NCBI GenBank assembly: GCA_041746255.1
Contig: JBGTHM010000057.1
Coordinates: 1-21,231 of the forward strand
DNA: 21,231 bases
From: Fibrobacteria bacterium
GTDB lineage: Bacteria; Fibrobacterota; Fibrobacteria; UBA11236
Reading direction: 5' to 3'
Shown: positions 1-9,582 of the stretch, in pieces
Numbering within the stretch: position 1 is the stretch's first letter
How the letters are laid out: each line of letters begins with the position of its first letter
Translations under genes and position numbers: made by a program
Notes under the pieces: generated by a model
What the model was told of the DNA's origin: nothing
The model's database searches: none
The model's input: only the letters and a program-made list of their open reading frames with translations

Positions 1-971
1 AAATCAACGGTCATTCCCTCTTGATTCATCAATTTACCTTTGGGAACAGGTACTGCGGTGATACCCGGAAAGTTTCGTGTCAAGGAACCACTCCCGGTCG
101 TTCCCGCTTTTACGCCCTTGGAATTAAACCAAGTACGTCCCTCATCATCGCTGTAGGCATAACAGATATCATGAGCGGACTGCAGGCTTCCCTGCCGCCA
201 TATCCACCCAGCATGCAAACGACCGTTTTTGCTGAAAACCAGGTTACTCATATAGGGATTAGCCCCTGCTCCATCAATGTATTTACCCACGGTTTTCCAG
301 GTGCTGGGAGCATATTCGTATAAGACCTGCGCTCCATTGTTGGGGTTTCCCTGCCGGCGACTGAAGTACAACCTTCCAGAGGGAGAAGTGACAAAAATGG
401 GGTAGGTCACGCCCGTAACCGTCTCCTCACCCAATTTATCCGTTACAGGTCCGAACTGGCTTGCATTCCAGGGTTTGGAAGAGGGGTCATTGAGTAAACC
501 TACCACCGAACGGCGGTAATTCAAATCATCTACATGATGATCAAACGCCAGGTGCAAGGTGCCATCGAGTGGGCATATCCCAATGGCGATAACATTATGA
601 CCATCATTTCTGGTTTGAGCGTAATCCTGCAGTACCACGGTTTCCCAGGGACTTTTGGGAATCTGTCGGTTTCGCCTGGCTACCACGACCCGACGGGGTT
701 GTTGGTCATTGTAATAGGCCGTATATTGCCATCCGTTGTGGGATGCGATGATATCCAGTTGATGCGATTTCCCGTTCAGCGCGCCGAATTTACCGACATC
801 ACCTTTGGGGTCGTCGGCGACTTTGGATTCGCTGATTAATTCCTGCGCCTCCAATTGGATTGGAAAGGCGAGAAAGAAGAGACATGCGCTCGATAATATC
901 CATCCCGTCAAAATTTTACGAAGGTTTCTTTGAAAACGGAATTGCAACTTATGTGAAAAAATACCGCCCAT
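1..971 (-). CDS. BNR_4-repeat seven-bladed beta-propeller, PL24/PL42-like putative polysaccharide lyase (3' end lies outside the window)
   Basis: Not in the ORF track; translated by hand. ATG at 971 with AGGGGG upstream, frame open to base 1: MGGIFSHKLQFR...LFFLAFPIQLEA-QELISESK...GWQYTAYYN...NDGHNVIAIGICPLDGTLHLAFDHHVDDLNYRRS...VTYP...YAYSDDEGRTW...NQEGMTVD. It has a signal peptide, the HN...DHH...TYP motifs and an Asp-box (SDDEGRTW), and aligns without gaps to 9652..11127. Confidence 0.9.
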   Translation of the reverse strand, partial: MGGIFSHKLQFRFQRNLRKILTGWILSSACLFFLAFPIQLEAQELISESKVADDPKGDVGKFGALNGKSHQLDIIASHNGWQYTAYYNDQQPRRVVVARRNRQIPKSPWETVVLQDYAQTRNDGHNVIAIGICPLDGTLHLAFDHHVDDLNYRRSVVGLLNDPSSKPWNASQFGPVTDKLGEETVTGVTYPIFVTSPSGRLYFSRRQGNPNNGAQVLYEYAPSTWKTVGKYIDGAGANPYMSNLVFSKNGRLHAGWIWRQGSLQSAHDICYAYSDDEGRTWFNSKGVKAGTTGSGSLTRNFPGITAVPVPKGKLMNQEGMTVD

Positions 972-1293
972 TGACACCCCCTAGTTCAATTCAAAATAAC
1001 GCGTCCATCCCAATCCAGTGGGGGGAGATTGAGCATAGTGTCGCTTTTTGCAATTTCATCCTCAACTAGCGACTCTTGAGTTTCATTTTCCCAAAATCCC
1101 AAAGACTCAAACGGGATAACGGTAGCAATGAAGTCACGAGCCTTAATTTTGCGCTTTAATGAAGAGACGACAATCGCAAACCAGAGTAGTGGATATATTC
1201 ACCAGTGGAGGTTTTTCATGCAATTCGAATGTAAGGCTTTCCCAATTTTTCCGACCGTATTGGGACTGGCCTTTGCCCTGCATTCAACGCCGC

Positions 1294-3051
1294 TTATTTG
1301 AAACGCACGCCGTAGATTCCTTCACCCAGACTGGAAGGCAGCGCGATATTACGATTTCCTTCCCGCTCAATCAATTCTCCTTTCCAAAGCAACTTTCCCT
1401 TAAGGTCATAGACCTTAATCCCGGAAAATCCCAGGGGAATTCTAACCTGTGAGCCTGAGACTCCCTTAACCAGGACCCGGTGCCAATTTGAGGCTGAATT
1501 TCTGAGCGGATCGGAATCGAATATGGACGTGGTTTGCTGGGGAACCACTTGGTTTCTGGGTTTTTCCAGCGGCTTCAGATTAGGGCCGGATAACCTGTAG
1601 AGGTCATGGAAGCTGGTGGCCGACACCCTGGAGGCATGCATCATCGTTACATATAAATTACCATAGGAATCCTCTGAAAAAGAGGTGATGCCATTGTGCG
1701 AATTAAACCCCGATGTATTCGGAAATTGTCCTACCCTCTGGGCTACCCCCGGTTTCGATTCATTTATCGCCAGAAAATATCCTCGACCCACATCCGAAAC
1801 AAAATGATGTCCGTAGAAAGGCGACGATGGATCGCCGCGGAAAGCTGGACTCAAAACGACACAATTCATGGGTGTGCCCTCTAGCGCCGTCTTTCGGCCA
1901 CTCAATGACTTGCCGGCATGTTCGAAACTCCAATCGGCATTGGTGAAATCAGCGCAGGTCATGGCTTTGTTTTGGGATTGGGGTCCCTTGAAGGAATAGG
2001 GACTCATGTACGCGCCCGTGTTTGAATTCGAATTGTAATCGTGAGTGTAGGCTATGCCCGATTCGGAGTTATTAGAACAGGGACCTTCCACTCCTATTCC
2101 TTGGCGCTTGGGCTGACCGTCTCCCCCGTCAGCCCAGCCGTAGTTCTTCCCCGGTTTGATTACGTTTATTTCTTCCCAGGTCAATTGTCCTACCTCAGCT
2201 CCCAAAATCGAACCTGTGATATAATTGGGCGCCAGGATGTATGTGTTTCTGAGACCGTAGGCGTAAATTTCTTTTTTCACCGTAGGGTCCTGGGAATTAT
2301 AGAAGGGGTTGGAAGGCGGTATGCTATACAGTCTGCCTCCCTCGGGTTTGGATACATCGATCCGCAACACCTTGCGCATGTATTCACTCAAGTCCCAGCT
2401 GTTTTTGGCGTATGAACTTATCGCTACATACAGATAACCGTCTTTCCCGAAAACGATGCTGGCTGCACCATGGCCGATTCCCTTATCGGCTATGAAAATG
2501 GTAGTGTCCATTGTAAGAGTTTGGTGGTCTTCCGAAAGGCTCCATCTTTCCAGCGTATACCAACCCTTCCCTATTTTGAAATCATCGCCAGGCTGATTTG
2601 CCACCACGCCGGTATGGTAATCCGATTCTTTTTCATATTTGTTATAAATGATGTAAAAATAACGATTAGTCCGGAAATTAGGATCAAAGGCGGCTGAATG
2701 CGCGCCCTGTTCCATACCTTTTCGAACCCTTTTATTAAAGTCGGCGAGTTGCTTTTTCGCATAATCCTTCACGGCTCCCGCAGCATAATTTTTAGTGGTG
2801 TCCGGATATAACGACCATACAAATCCGTAAAATCCCAACACCAGGAAGTGTTGCGGTAATCCGGGTACTTCGAACATTCCCGAAACAGTTTGTTTATCAG
2901 CCTTAAAGCTCAAGCCTTTTTTGGTTATGTCATAAAAGGGTACTGCCGTAATGCCCGTGGGCAATGTTTGGGCCTGACCTAAACATGTAACCGCAAATAC
3001 CAAAAACGCTACTAATGCCGAAGATTTTTTCATGAACATATTCTGACTCAA
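1294..3051 (-). CDS. GSDH-family (PQQ-dependent sugar dehydrogenase-like / HHIP-like) beta-propeller with T9SS-type C-terminal domain
   Basis: 585-aa ORF with signal peptide. Motifs AFDPNFRTNRYFYI, GHGAASIVFGKDGYLY, KVLRIDV, IPPSNPF, EIYAYGLRN, WEEINVIKPGKNYGW, ITSFSEDSYGNLY. Tail TTSI...VYDLKGKLL...GIYGVRFK. The start could also be ATG 3039 or 3033. Confidence 0.85.
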   Translation of the reverse strand: MSQNMFMKKSSALVAFLVFAVTCLGQAQTLPTGITAVPFYDITKKGLSFKADKQTVSGMFEVPGLPQHFLVLGFYGFVWSLYPDTTKNYAAGAVKDYAKKQLADFNKRVRKGMEQGAHSAAFDPNFRTNRYFYIIYNKYEKESDYHTGVVANQPGDDFKIGKGWYTLERWSLSEDHQTLTMDTTIFIADKGIGHGAASIVFGKDGYLYVAISSYAKNSWDLSEYMRKVLRIDVSKPEGGRLYSIPPSNPFYNSQDPTVKKEIYAYGLRNTYILAPNYITGSILGAEVGQLTWEEINVIKPGKNYGWADGGDGQPKRQGIGVEGPCSNNSESGIAYTHDYNSNSNTGAYMSPYSFKGPQSQNKAMTCADFTNADWSFEHAGKSLSGRKTALEGTPMNCVVLSPAFRGDPSSPFYGHHFVSDVGRGYFLAINESKPGVAQRVGQFPNTSGFNSHNGITSFSEDSYGNLYVTMMHASRVSATSFHDLYRLSGPNLKPLEKPRNQVVPQQTTSIFDSDPLRNSASNWHRVLVKGVSGSQVRIPLGFSGIKVYDLKGKLLWKGELIEREGNRNIALPSSLGEGIYGVRFK

Positions 3052-3319
3052 CCTAGATTAAAAACCATTCTAGAAATATATGGCGTTTTCCTTGAAAAAA
3101 TGCCCGTTTATCAGTCCCTTTGGCTTATTGGCCTAACTAGTGTTCCCGATAAGGAACGCAATAAATTCACCAATTTCAAAATAGGCTACCCAGGCGACTG
3201 CGTATTTCAAAAGGTCAAGATAGATTAGCCGATAAGGGATTAAGGCATGGGGTTCCAAAGCCGCCACTTCTCTGGATTTTGGGTAAGGGCTTTCGAGTAG
3301 GAGTTCAAGGAGTACCGCG

Positions 3320-4699
3320 ATGAATGGATTTGCCATTAACGGCATACTAGTGGTCGGACTATTCACGGTGTATAGCGGTCACGCGCAAACATTTAAAAAA
3401 CAAGTATTGTCTGAAAAATACTATGCTGAAGGTGCTGAAATTGCAGACATAAACCTCGACGGGGTTCCGGATATCGTTTCGGGTCCCTATTGGTACCAGG
3501 GTCCCGATTTCAAAAAAACACATGAAATTTATGCGCCCAAAGAATTTAATTCGGGCCTGACCGATAATCGCGGCGTCTACGTGTATGACTTTACCGGGAA
3601 CGGATTTCCGGACCTTATCCGGAAATTCGACTGCTGCGCCAAGGGACTTACCCTGATGGTGAATCCAGGCACGACGGGTGGCGCCTGGAAACACGTACCC
3701 ATCGCCGACCTTTGCGGAAACGAAACGCCGTTTTTGGTGGATATTACCGGAGATGGAAAGCCGGAATTTATCACCATGGTGGATGGAATTCCCGGGTTTT
3801 ATGCTCCGAATTGGCAGCAACCGCTGCAAAAATGGAAATGGTATCCTGTCAGCACAAAAAAACTGGATATGAATGACGGTCAAATCCTGGGAAGGCACGG
3901 CATAGGCGTAGGCGACATCAACCGGGATGGAAAAATGGATTTGATTTATCCCACCGGCTGGTATGAACAACCCGCCGAGGGTGCGCTGTCTTCTGCTTGG
4001 AAACATCATCCTGCAACCTTCCTCCAGCAACTCTACCTCGATGAGAAAAACCACGGGGGGGCGCATATGTATCTCTACGACGTTGATGGTGATGGTGACT
4101 TGGACATCGCGACCTCGCTCCAAGCCCATGGACGGGGACTTTCCTGGTTTGAAAATGTAGACGGGATGGGTGCTCAATGGAAAGAGCACAGATTGATGGA
4201 TACCCCGGAGAATAAGGCGAAATTCGGCGTGTATTTCTCCATGCCGCATTCCATGAACTGGGCGGATTTCGACGGTGACGGACATCCGGATTTTGTATTG
4301 GGGAAAAGGTATTATACGCATGGCCCCAAACTTACGGACGGCCCTCCCGTGCTCTATCTCTTCAAGCTCAAAAGAGATGGGTTAAATTCGACTTTCCTTC
4401 CAATCCTCGTTGACGATATTGTGGGCGTCGGTAATCAAATCGGCGTCGGAGACGTGAACGGTGATGGAATGCCCGATATCGTGGTCGCCACTCCTAAAGG
4501 GACCTATTTGTACATCAATACTACCAAGCCTCCGTTAAGCAGCCTAATTTCCCAGTCTGATCCCAATACAATCGGGTTTTTAAAACTATACCACTTCGAT
4601 GGAAAGCTGCTATTGGAAGTCAACAACGGAGTACGATCCATGGACGGACGCCACCAGAAATCCCTTTTTATTGGAACCGGACCCGCGGATACTCACTAA
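3320..4699 (+). CDS. FG-GAP/VCBS-repeat beta-propeller protein, secreted
   Basis: 459 aa; AAGGAG RBS; signal peptide ending GHA-Q. Seven Ca-binding-type loops: DINLDGVPD, DFTGNGFPD, DITGDGKPE, DINRDGKMD, DVDGDGDLD, DFDGDGHPD, DVNGDGMPD. Short tail containing SMDGR. Confidence 0.9.
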   Translation: MNGFAINGILVVGLFTVYSGHAQTFKKQVLSEKYYAEGAEIADINLDGVPDIVSGPYWYQGPDFKKTHEIYAPKEFNSGLTDNRGVYVYDFTGNGFPDLIRKFDCCAKGLTLMVNPGTTGGAWKHVPIADLCGNETPFLVDITGDGKPEFITMVDGIPGFYAPNWQQPLQKWKWYPVSTKKLDMNDGQILGRHGIGVGDINRDGKMDLIYPTGWYEQPAEGALSSAWKHHPATFLQQLYLDEKNHGGAHMYLYDVDGDGDLDIATSLQAHGRGLSWFENVDGMGAQWKEHRLMDTPENKAKFGVYFSMPHSMNWADFDGDGHPDFVLGKRYYTHGPKLTDGPPVLYLFKLKRDGLNSTFLPILVDDIVGVGNQIGVGDVNGDGMPDIVVATPKGTYLYINTTKPPLSSLISQSDPNTIGFLKLYHFDGKLLLEVNNGVRSMDGRHQKSLFIGTGPADTH

Positions 4700-4726
4700 T
4701 CTTTCCTATAAGTTTGGAGGACTCAG

Positions 4727-6538
4727 ATGTCCCAGTTAAAATACGGCCGATATAAGAAATGGCTTCCATTTGTTTGCCTGGTTCTGTTCGGGATAAGCGA
4801 ATCCCGCGCACAACTCTCTTTTCCGGGTTGCGCCGATCTGAAAAGCTCCGATTTTAAACTGACCAAGTTGGCCACCGACGCCAAAATCATGCAACAGTCC
4901 ATCGCAAAGGATGGACGCATTTTTTACGTCAAAAAAGAAGAAGGCCAACTCAAGGTTTTCGATCCCAAAACCAAATCCACTTCCGTTCTCCTGACCGTGC
5001 CCGTTTCCACCTCCATCCATCTGGGTATTGTGGGAGTTGCGCTTGACCCCGATTTTGAAAACACCAATTGGATCTACATACGCTACTCTAAACCGGGCTT
5101 TCCAAAAGGTCCCTCACAAGCCCAATTGACCGCCAATTTAACCGAGTGGAAATGGACTCAAAGATTATCCCGGGTAACGTTATCGGGCGCGAAGGTGGAT
5201 CCCGCCTCGGAAAGGATTATTCTGGAATGGCCTTTTATCGTCGACGAGCATCCCGGTGGAGGCATCCGGTTTGCGCAAGATGGAAATTTACTGGTTAGTA
5301 CAGGCAACTCCGTCTATCCCGGCCCCCACCCGGTTTACGAGAATAAGCGCGAACGCAACGATTTGGGAACGGCTGCCAATACGAATGACCTGAACGGGAA
5401 AATCCTTCGCATCCGTCCCTTGCGTTTTTCCGATACGCAAAAACCCGCCATGGGAATTGGATCTACCTACGAAATTCCCCCCGGAAATTTCCGGGATTAT
5501 TACAAAGTCCAGATGGGATGGACGCAAAGTCAACTCGATAAAATCCGGCCTGAAATTTATAGCATGGGGCATCGCCAGTCAAACGCCATCCATTCCGACG
5601 GGGTGACCGGATGGCTGTTTAACGCGGAGGATTCCAACCAACGCGGCGACTACAAGTTTACCGAAACCGAAACCCTGCGCATGGGACCTGCCGGCGGCCG
5701 TGACGAGTATAATGTGCTGGCAAAGCCGGGATTCTATGGCTGGCCCATGGCGGAAGGTTCCAACGAAGTCCACAATTTTTATAACTGGGTTGACATGAAA
5801 CCTGGTCCCATGTTCGATACCTTGACTCCGAGGAATACTTCCATATTCAATTCGGGCATTGAACTATTACCCCCAATGATTCCGGCTTCCCTTGTCTTTG
5901 GCCGCACCCCCCTGCTGCTTCCCCAGGTTCCCGGATTTGTGGACTTGAAAGGCATGTACACGCCGATTGCAGGCCCCTTTTATCGGTACGATAATTCCCT
6001 GAACTCCCAAGTGAAATTCCCCCCACATCTGCATGAAAAATGGTTGGTAAGCGATTTTTTCCAGGGCTTTTTCCGGGCATTCACCTTGGATGCCACCGGG
6101 AAAATACTCCGTTCCGATGATATCACGGGTCCAACCTTACCACGTGGGACCTGGGATATGACAATGGGTCCGGATGGCAGCATGCATATCCTTAATCATT
6201 ACGATGGCTTATATAAAATCGAATATACCGGTGCATGCGTAAATAAAACCGTGTCCAATAAAATCGGAAATGACGCCGGGCAAAACCGGGGTTTCCGGAA
6301 TATGTCCGGTTTTTCCCTGAAATTTTCATATCGACCCGAAAATCAATTGGAGATTCAGGCTAACCTTCCCATACATTCCTTTAAACTATACGACGGCATG
6401 GGCCGGGTTCTCGGCGAAGTCAGCCCGTATTCACAATTCGCATCCCTTTCCTTCGCTCAACGGTTGAAACCCGGTATTTATACCTGGGTTGCCCAAAGTC
6501 AGAACGGTTGGAGTCAGGGAAAAACGACAATCTTCTGA
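4727..6538 (+). CDS. GSDH-family (PQQ-dependent sugar dehydrogenase-like) beta-propeller with T9SS-type C-terminal domain
   Basis: 603 aa; GGAGG RBS; signal peptide. Motifs VALDPDFENTNWIYI, EHPGGGIRFAQDGNLLVSTGN, AANTNDLNGKILRIRP, EIYSMGHR, DEYN...PGFYGWP, DMTMGPDG. Tail LYDGMGRVL...LKPGIYTW. Confidence 0.87.
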   Translation: MSQLKYGRYKKWLPFVCLVLFGISESRAQLSFPGCADLKSSDFKLTKLATDAKIMQQSIAKDGRIFYVKKEEGQLKVFDPKTKSTSVLLTVPVSTSIHLGIVGVALDPDFENTNWIYIRYSKPGFPKGPSQAQLTANLTEWKWTQRLSRVTLSGAKVDPASERIILEWPFIVDEHPGGGIRFAQDGNLLVSTGNSVYPGPHPVYENKRERNDLGTAANTNDLNGKILRIRPLRFSDTQKPAMGIGSTYEIPPGNFRDYYKVQMGWTQSQLDKIRPEIYSMGHRQSNAIHSDGVTGWLFNAEDSNQRGDYKFTETETLRMGPAGGRDEYNVLAKPGFYGWPMAEGSNEVHNFYNWVDMKPGPMFDTLTPRNTSIFNSGIELLPPMIPASLVFGRTPLLLPQVPGFVDLKGMYTPIAGPFYRYDNSLNSQVKFPPHLHEKWLVSDFFQGFFRAFTLDATGKILRSDDITGPTLPRGTWDMTMGPDGSMHILNHYDGLYKIEYTGACVNKTVSNKIGNDAGQNRGFRNMSGFSLKFSYRPENQLEIQANLPIHSFKLYDGMGRVLGEVSPYSQFASLSFAQRLKPGIYTWVAQSQNGWSQGKTTIF

Positions 6539-6585
6539 TACCCGACTGGCTTTACCGTCCCTATGCTCAATAGGAGGGAGATTTT

Positions 6586-7980
6586 ATGGAAACCGGATTA
6601 ACCGCCGCGAAGATTGGAATTGTATTCCTCCTATTCGGTTCTCTAGGGTTGTCGAATTCCTTCGCCCGATTCAAGCATCCCGGTATTTTCAATACCAAAC
6701 CAGAATTGGATTTAATCAAGGCTAAAATCTCCGCAGGGGAGCAACCGTGGAAATCGGCGTTTGAAAAAATCCAGGCGTCCAATCCCACCTCCAGAACCGC
6801 CAAGCCCAAGGCCAAAATTCCCGGAAGCAGCGATTCCAAGCACAGAAAGGACATGGATGAATTCGTCTTGGACGGTGAATACGCCTATGCCAGTACCCTA
6901 TTGTGGTACTTCACCGGGGAAAAGAAGTATGCGGATCACGCAATTGAAATTTTGAATGCCTGGAGCATCTTCGAGGATATTCCCATGTCCTTATATTTGA
7001 CTTGGGCAGCGCCCCACTACCTCAATTCCGCCGAAATTCTAAAGCATATTCCCGGGTCCGGCTGGCAGGAGTCGGATATCGAAAAATTCAGCGCCATGGT
7101 TCGGAATTATATGTTGCCGAAAATCCGGCCACCGGCGAAATGGGAATTTTGGCCCCAAAACCACGGAGCCACCACCCTGGAAAGCCACGTCGCCATTTCC
7201 ATTTTTCTTGATGATGAAAAAGAGTTCGACTTCGCCCTCAGTCTTTTCGACAAACATCTGGAAACCTATATCTATTACGGTAAAAAGGGATTTGCGGACG
7301 GCCAGTCTTTGGAAACCTGTCGCGACTTGAATCATACGAAGATGGGAGTCCTCGGCATCATGCATAACATGCAGTCGGCATTCAATCAAGGGGTTGACCT
7401 ATGGTATCGCGAAAGGGACCGACTTTCCCAATTCGCTGAAATGCATGCCGGTTGGATGACCGGGGAAACCAAGGTCCCCTCTACCATTTGTGGCGGAAAA
7501 GGCATCTGGTGCCAGGGAAACGTCTCTTGGGGCAACCCCTCCGGCCGCCCACCCTGTAATGAAACCAGTTGGGAAATCCTTTATAATCATTTAAGCACTC
7601 GACTGGGATTATCCCTTCCCATCACCAAAAAAATGAACGAAAGAAACCGGCCACTGGGCGGCATAAATAGAAGAAATATGAAATGGGAGACCCTGCTTCA
7701 CGCGAATATGGCGTACAGCTTATCTGGAAATGTGAACAGTGTTTTCGGCAGGTACGATATAGAGAGAAAGCCGGGGCTTTACCGCCACAATGGCCTCTAC
7801 CTCGTGGCCCCCCACTCCTATCCCGCCCAAATCGAGTTTTGGAATTTCACCGGCAAAAAAATTTGGGAGCGGCGTTCCGTATCCAAACCGTATTTGCTCC
7901 ATGAAGATGAGATTTCGAATGGCCAAGGGATTATCCGATTGAGGTCGCCAGGATATGTTGAGACGCTTCTGCTTCCCTAG
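6586..7980 (+). CDS. Alginate-lyase-family (PF05426-like, (alpha/alpha) toroid) putative polysaccharide lyase with T9SS-type tail
   Basis: 464 aa; GGAGGAG RBS; signal peptide. Motifs FKHPGIF...KISAGEQPW, YADHAIEILNAW, AEILKH, ISIFLDD, GQSLETCRDLNH, AFNQGVDLW. Tail WNFTGKKI...GIIRLR. Substrate not determinable from sequence. Confidence 0.82.
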   Translation: METGLTAAKIGIVFLLFGSLGLSNSFARFKHPGIFNTKPELDLIKAKISAGEQPWKSAFEKIQASNPTSRTAKPKAKIPGSSDSKHRKDMDEFVLDGEYAYASTLLWYFTGEKKYADHAIEILNAWSIFEDIPMSLYLTWAAPHYLNSAEILKHIPGSGWQESDIEKFSAMVRNYMLPKIRPPAKWEFWPQNHGATTLESHVAISIFLDDEKEFDFALSLFDKHLETYIYYGKKGFADGQSLETCRDLNHTKMGVLGIMHNMQSAFNQGVDLWYRERDRLSQFAEMHAGWMTGETKVPSTICGGKGIWCQGNVSWGNPSGRPPCNETSWEILYNHLSTRLGLSLPITKKMNERNRPLGGINRRNMKWETLLHANMAYSLSGNVNSVFGRYDIERKPGLYRHNGLYLVAPHSYPAQIEFWNFTGKKIWERRSVSKPYLLHEDEISNGQGIIRLRSPGYVETLLLP

Positions 7981-7993
7981 CTGATTTTTTGTT

Positions 7994-9421
7994 TTACGGC
8001 AGGAACAGCAATTGGCTCAGCTTCAACTCCGGCCCTTCAAACCGGACAGAATAGACACCTAACTTCAAATTATGCAAGGATAGCGATCCTTGTTGTATTG
8101 CCACGGTGTTATAGACCCGATTTCCCAGAATATCAAAGACCTGTACTTGAACGGGAAAGTGATTCGCATTGATGTGCAGATTCGCTCCCTCCCCGTATGC
8201 CCAGCTTCGATGCTGGACTATAGGAGAAATGGATGTCAACTTCTCCATGGGTAAATCGGCATGGGTGAGCGTTTCGAATTTCTTGTTGCGTTTGGAAATT
8301 TCCACTCCGGGACGATGTTTGACCGCCATTTTTTGGGTTTTGGGGAGTGGATTACCCAAGCGAACTTGAACATGATTAAGCACCATCTCCCATACGGCTC
8401 CTCCGCAATCGGGAGGATGTCCTCTTTTACTGCTCCAGGAAACGCCACCCGCACACCAGACTTTATCACCTCCGCATATGTTTCCCGGAACTTTATCATC
8501 CCCTAAAAGCCAACCCGAATGCAGCTCCGCAAAGGCTCCCATCCGTTTCTGTTCTTGTTTCCAGACATCGATTCCCTGGTTATAGGCCATTTCAGCGCTG
8601 TATATCACCGACGCGCCGCCTAACCTGGCATGGTTGAGGTCCCGGCATGTTTCCATACATTGTCCATCATAGAATGGGCCCTTTCCCCAGTGTTTTTGAA
8701 GCTCGGCCCTTCCAACCAGAATAGGTTGGTTGCCGTCTTCTTTGAGATAAAAATACCCCCGCGTCCATTCGCTCCACCGCCCTACCGCCCGTTTCAACTC
8801 CTCCTTATCGTCCAGGAAAATAGCAGTGGCGATTTGCCCTTCAATGGTGGAATGCATGGCATTATTAACCCAGGTTTTATTCTGCATCGCCGGCAGCCAT
8901 TTCTGTCGCACCATTCCGGTAAATTTCTGGATATCGGGCGCAGTCCATCCCGAACCGTTGACATGCGCCATTATTTCCGCCGCATTGAGGAATTGCGGAA
9001 CCGCCCAGGAAAGAAACAACCAGTTATCGTGCTTTTGAAATCCGGTCCAGGCATTCAATAATTTAATCGCGTGATCCGCGTATTTTTTATCTCCGCTGAT
9101 ATACCAGATAAGGGCGCAGGCATAAGCATTGGACCCATCCAAAGTCATTTCATCCATGGGGCCATGATTACTGGTACCCGAAATCGTGGCCCTGAAATTG
9201 GGGTTCCGTTTTTCGGGATTGCCATTCCGTAATTTATTGTAGGCGGCGGTCCAAGGCTGTTCCCCTTTGCTCACCTTTTCTTTAATGAAATCCAACTGGG
9301 CTTTGGTACTGAGCAAACCCGGATGTACCAGGTCCGCGCCGTAGACCATGGGACCGGAAAACCAGAGGGCGACAATTCCAATCGAAGCAAGGATTCGGTT
9401 CAATCTCGGAGTATTCATCAC
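7994..9421 (-). CDS. Alginate-lyase-family (PF05426-like) putative polysaccharide lyase, paralog of 6586..7980, with T9SS-type tail
   Basis: 475 aa (GTG 9421 or ATG 9418); signal peptide. Motifs LVHPGLL...KVSKGEQPW, YADHAIKLLNAW, AIFLDD, GQCMETCRDLNH, AYNQGIDVW. Tail TSI...VFDILGNRV...LGVYSVRF. Confidence 0.82.
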   Translation of the reverse strand: MMNTPRLNRILASIGIVALWFSGPMVYGADLVHPGLLSTKAQLDFIKEKVSKGEQPWTAAYNKLRNGNPEKRNPNFRATISGTSNHGPMDEMTLDGSNAYACALIWYISGDKKYADHAIKLLNAWTGFQKHDNWLFLSWAVPQFLNAAEIMAHVNGSGWTAPDIQKFTGMVRQKWLPAMQNKTWVNNAMHSTIEGQIATAIFLDDKEELKRAVGRWSEWTRGYFYLKEDGNQPILVGRAELQKHWGKGPFYDGQCMETCRDLNHARLGGASVIYSAEMAYNQGIDVWKQEQKRMGAFAELHSGWLLGDDKVPGNICGGDKVWCAGGVSWSSKRGHPPDCGGAVWEMVLNHVQVRLGNPLPKTQKMAVKHRPGVEISKRNKKFETLTHADLPMEKLTSISPIVQHRSWAYGEGANLHINANHFPVQVQVFDILGNRVYNTVAIQQGSLSLHNLKLGVYSVRFEGPELKLSQLLFLP

Positions 9422-9555
9422 CTTAATCTAGGCCCTGGCATCAGCCAATACCTCGCGCCCCATCCCTTAATTTTGAGAATATGTTTCCTTGAAGGAACAC
9501 AATTTGAGTCATGGTAGGATTTCGGCTTTCATGAGGTTCGGCCTCAACTTCTGAA

Positions 9556-9582
9556 AATAGGCCGGAATTACCCGCGCCTATT
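9556..9582 (-). terminator. Possible intrinsic terminator or processing hairpin downstream of the BNR_4 gene
   Basis: AATAGGC (9556-9562) pairs with GCCTATT (9576-9582). On the minus strand the stem runs into ...CCTATTTTC. The U-tract is short. Confidence 0.4.

Noticed and set aside
21..1069. Short plus-strand ORFs 21..323, 534..839 and 860..1069
   Set aside because: The real gene is the minus-strand BNR_4 frame 971 to 1, supported by paralogy.
3081..3095. Sigma54-like TGGCGT-N5-TTGA
   Set aside because: The conserved -12 GC is GA, no matching site was found in the other intergenic regions, and no activator gene is in the window.
3178..3190. Short words shared between intergenic regions (TAGGCTACC at 3182 and 17686; AAAATAGGC at 3178 and 9554)
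   Set aside because: Only 9-bp matches at inconsistent distances from start codons; cannot be separated from chance without a motif search.
3133..3366. 77-aa hydrophobic minus-strand ORF in the divergent intergenic region
   Set aside because: Overlaps the start and RBS of the FG-GAP gene on the other strand; no RBS or family signal.
3359..4321. 320-aa minus-strand ORF
   Set aside because: Lies wholly antisense to the FG-GAP gene, with no recognisable motif; a shadow ORF of codon bias.
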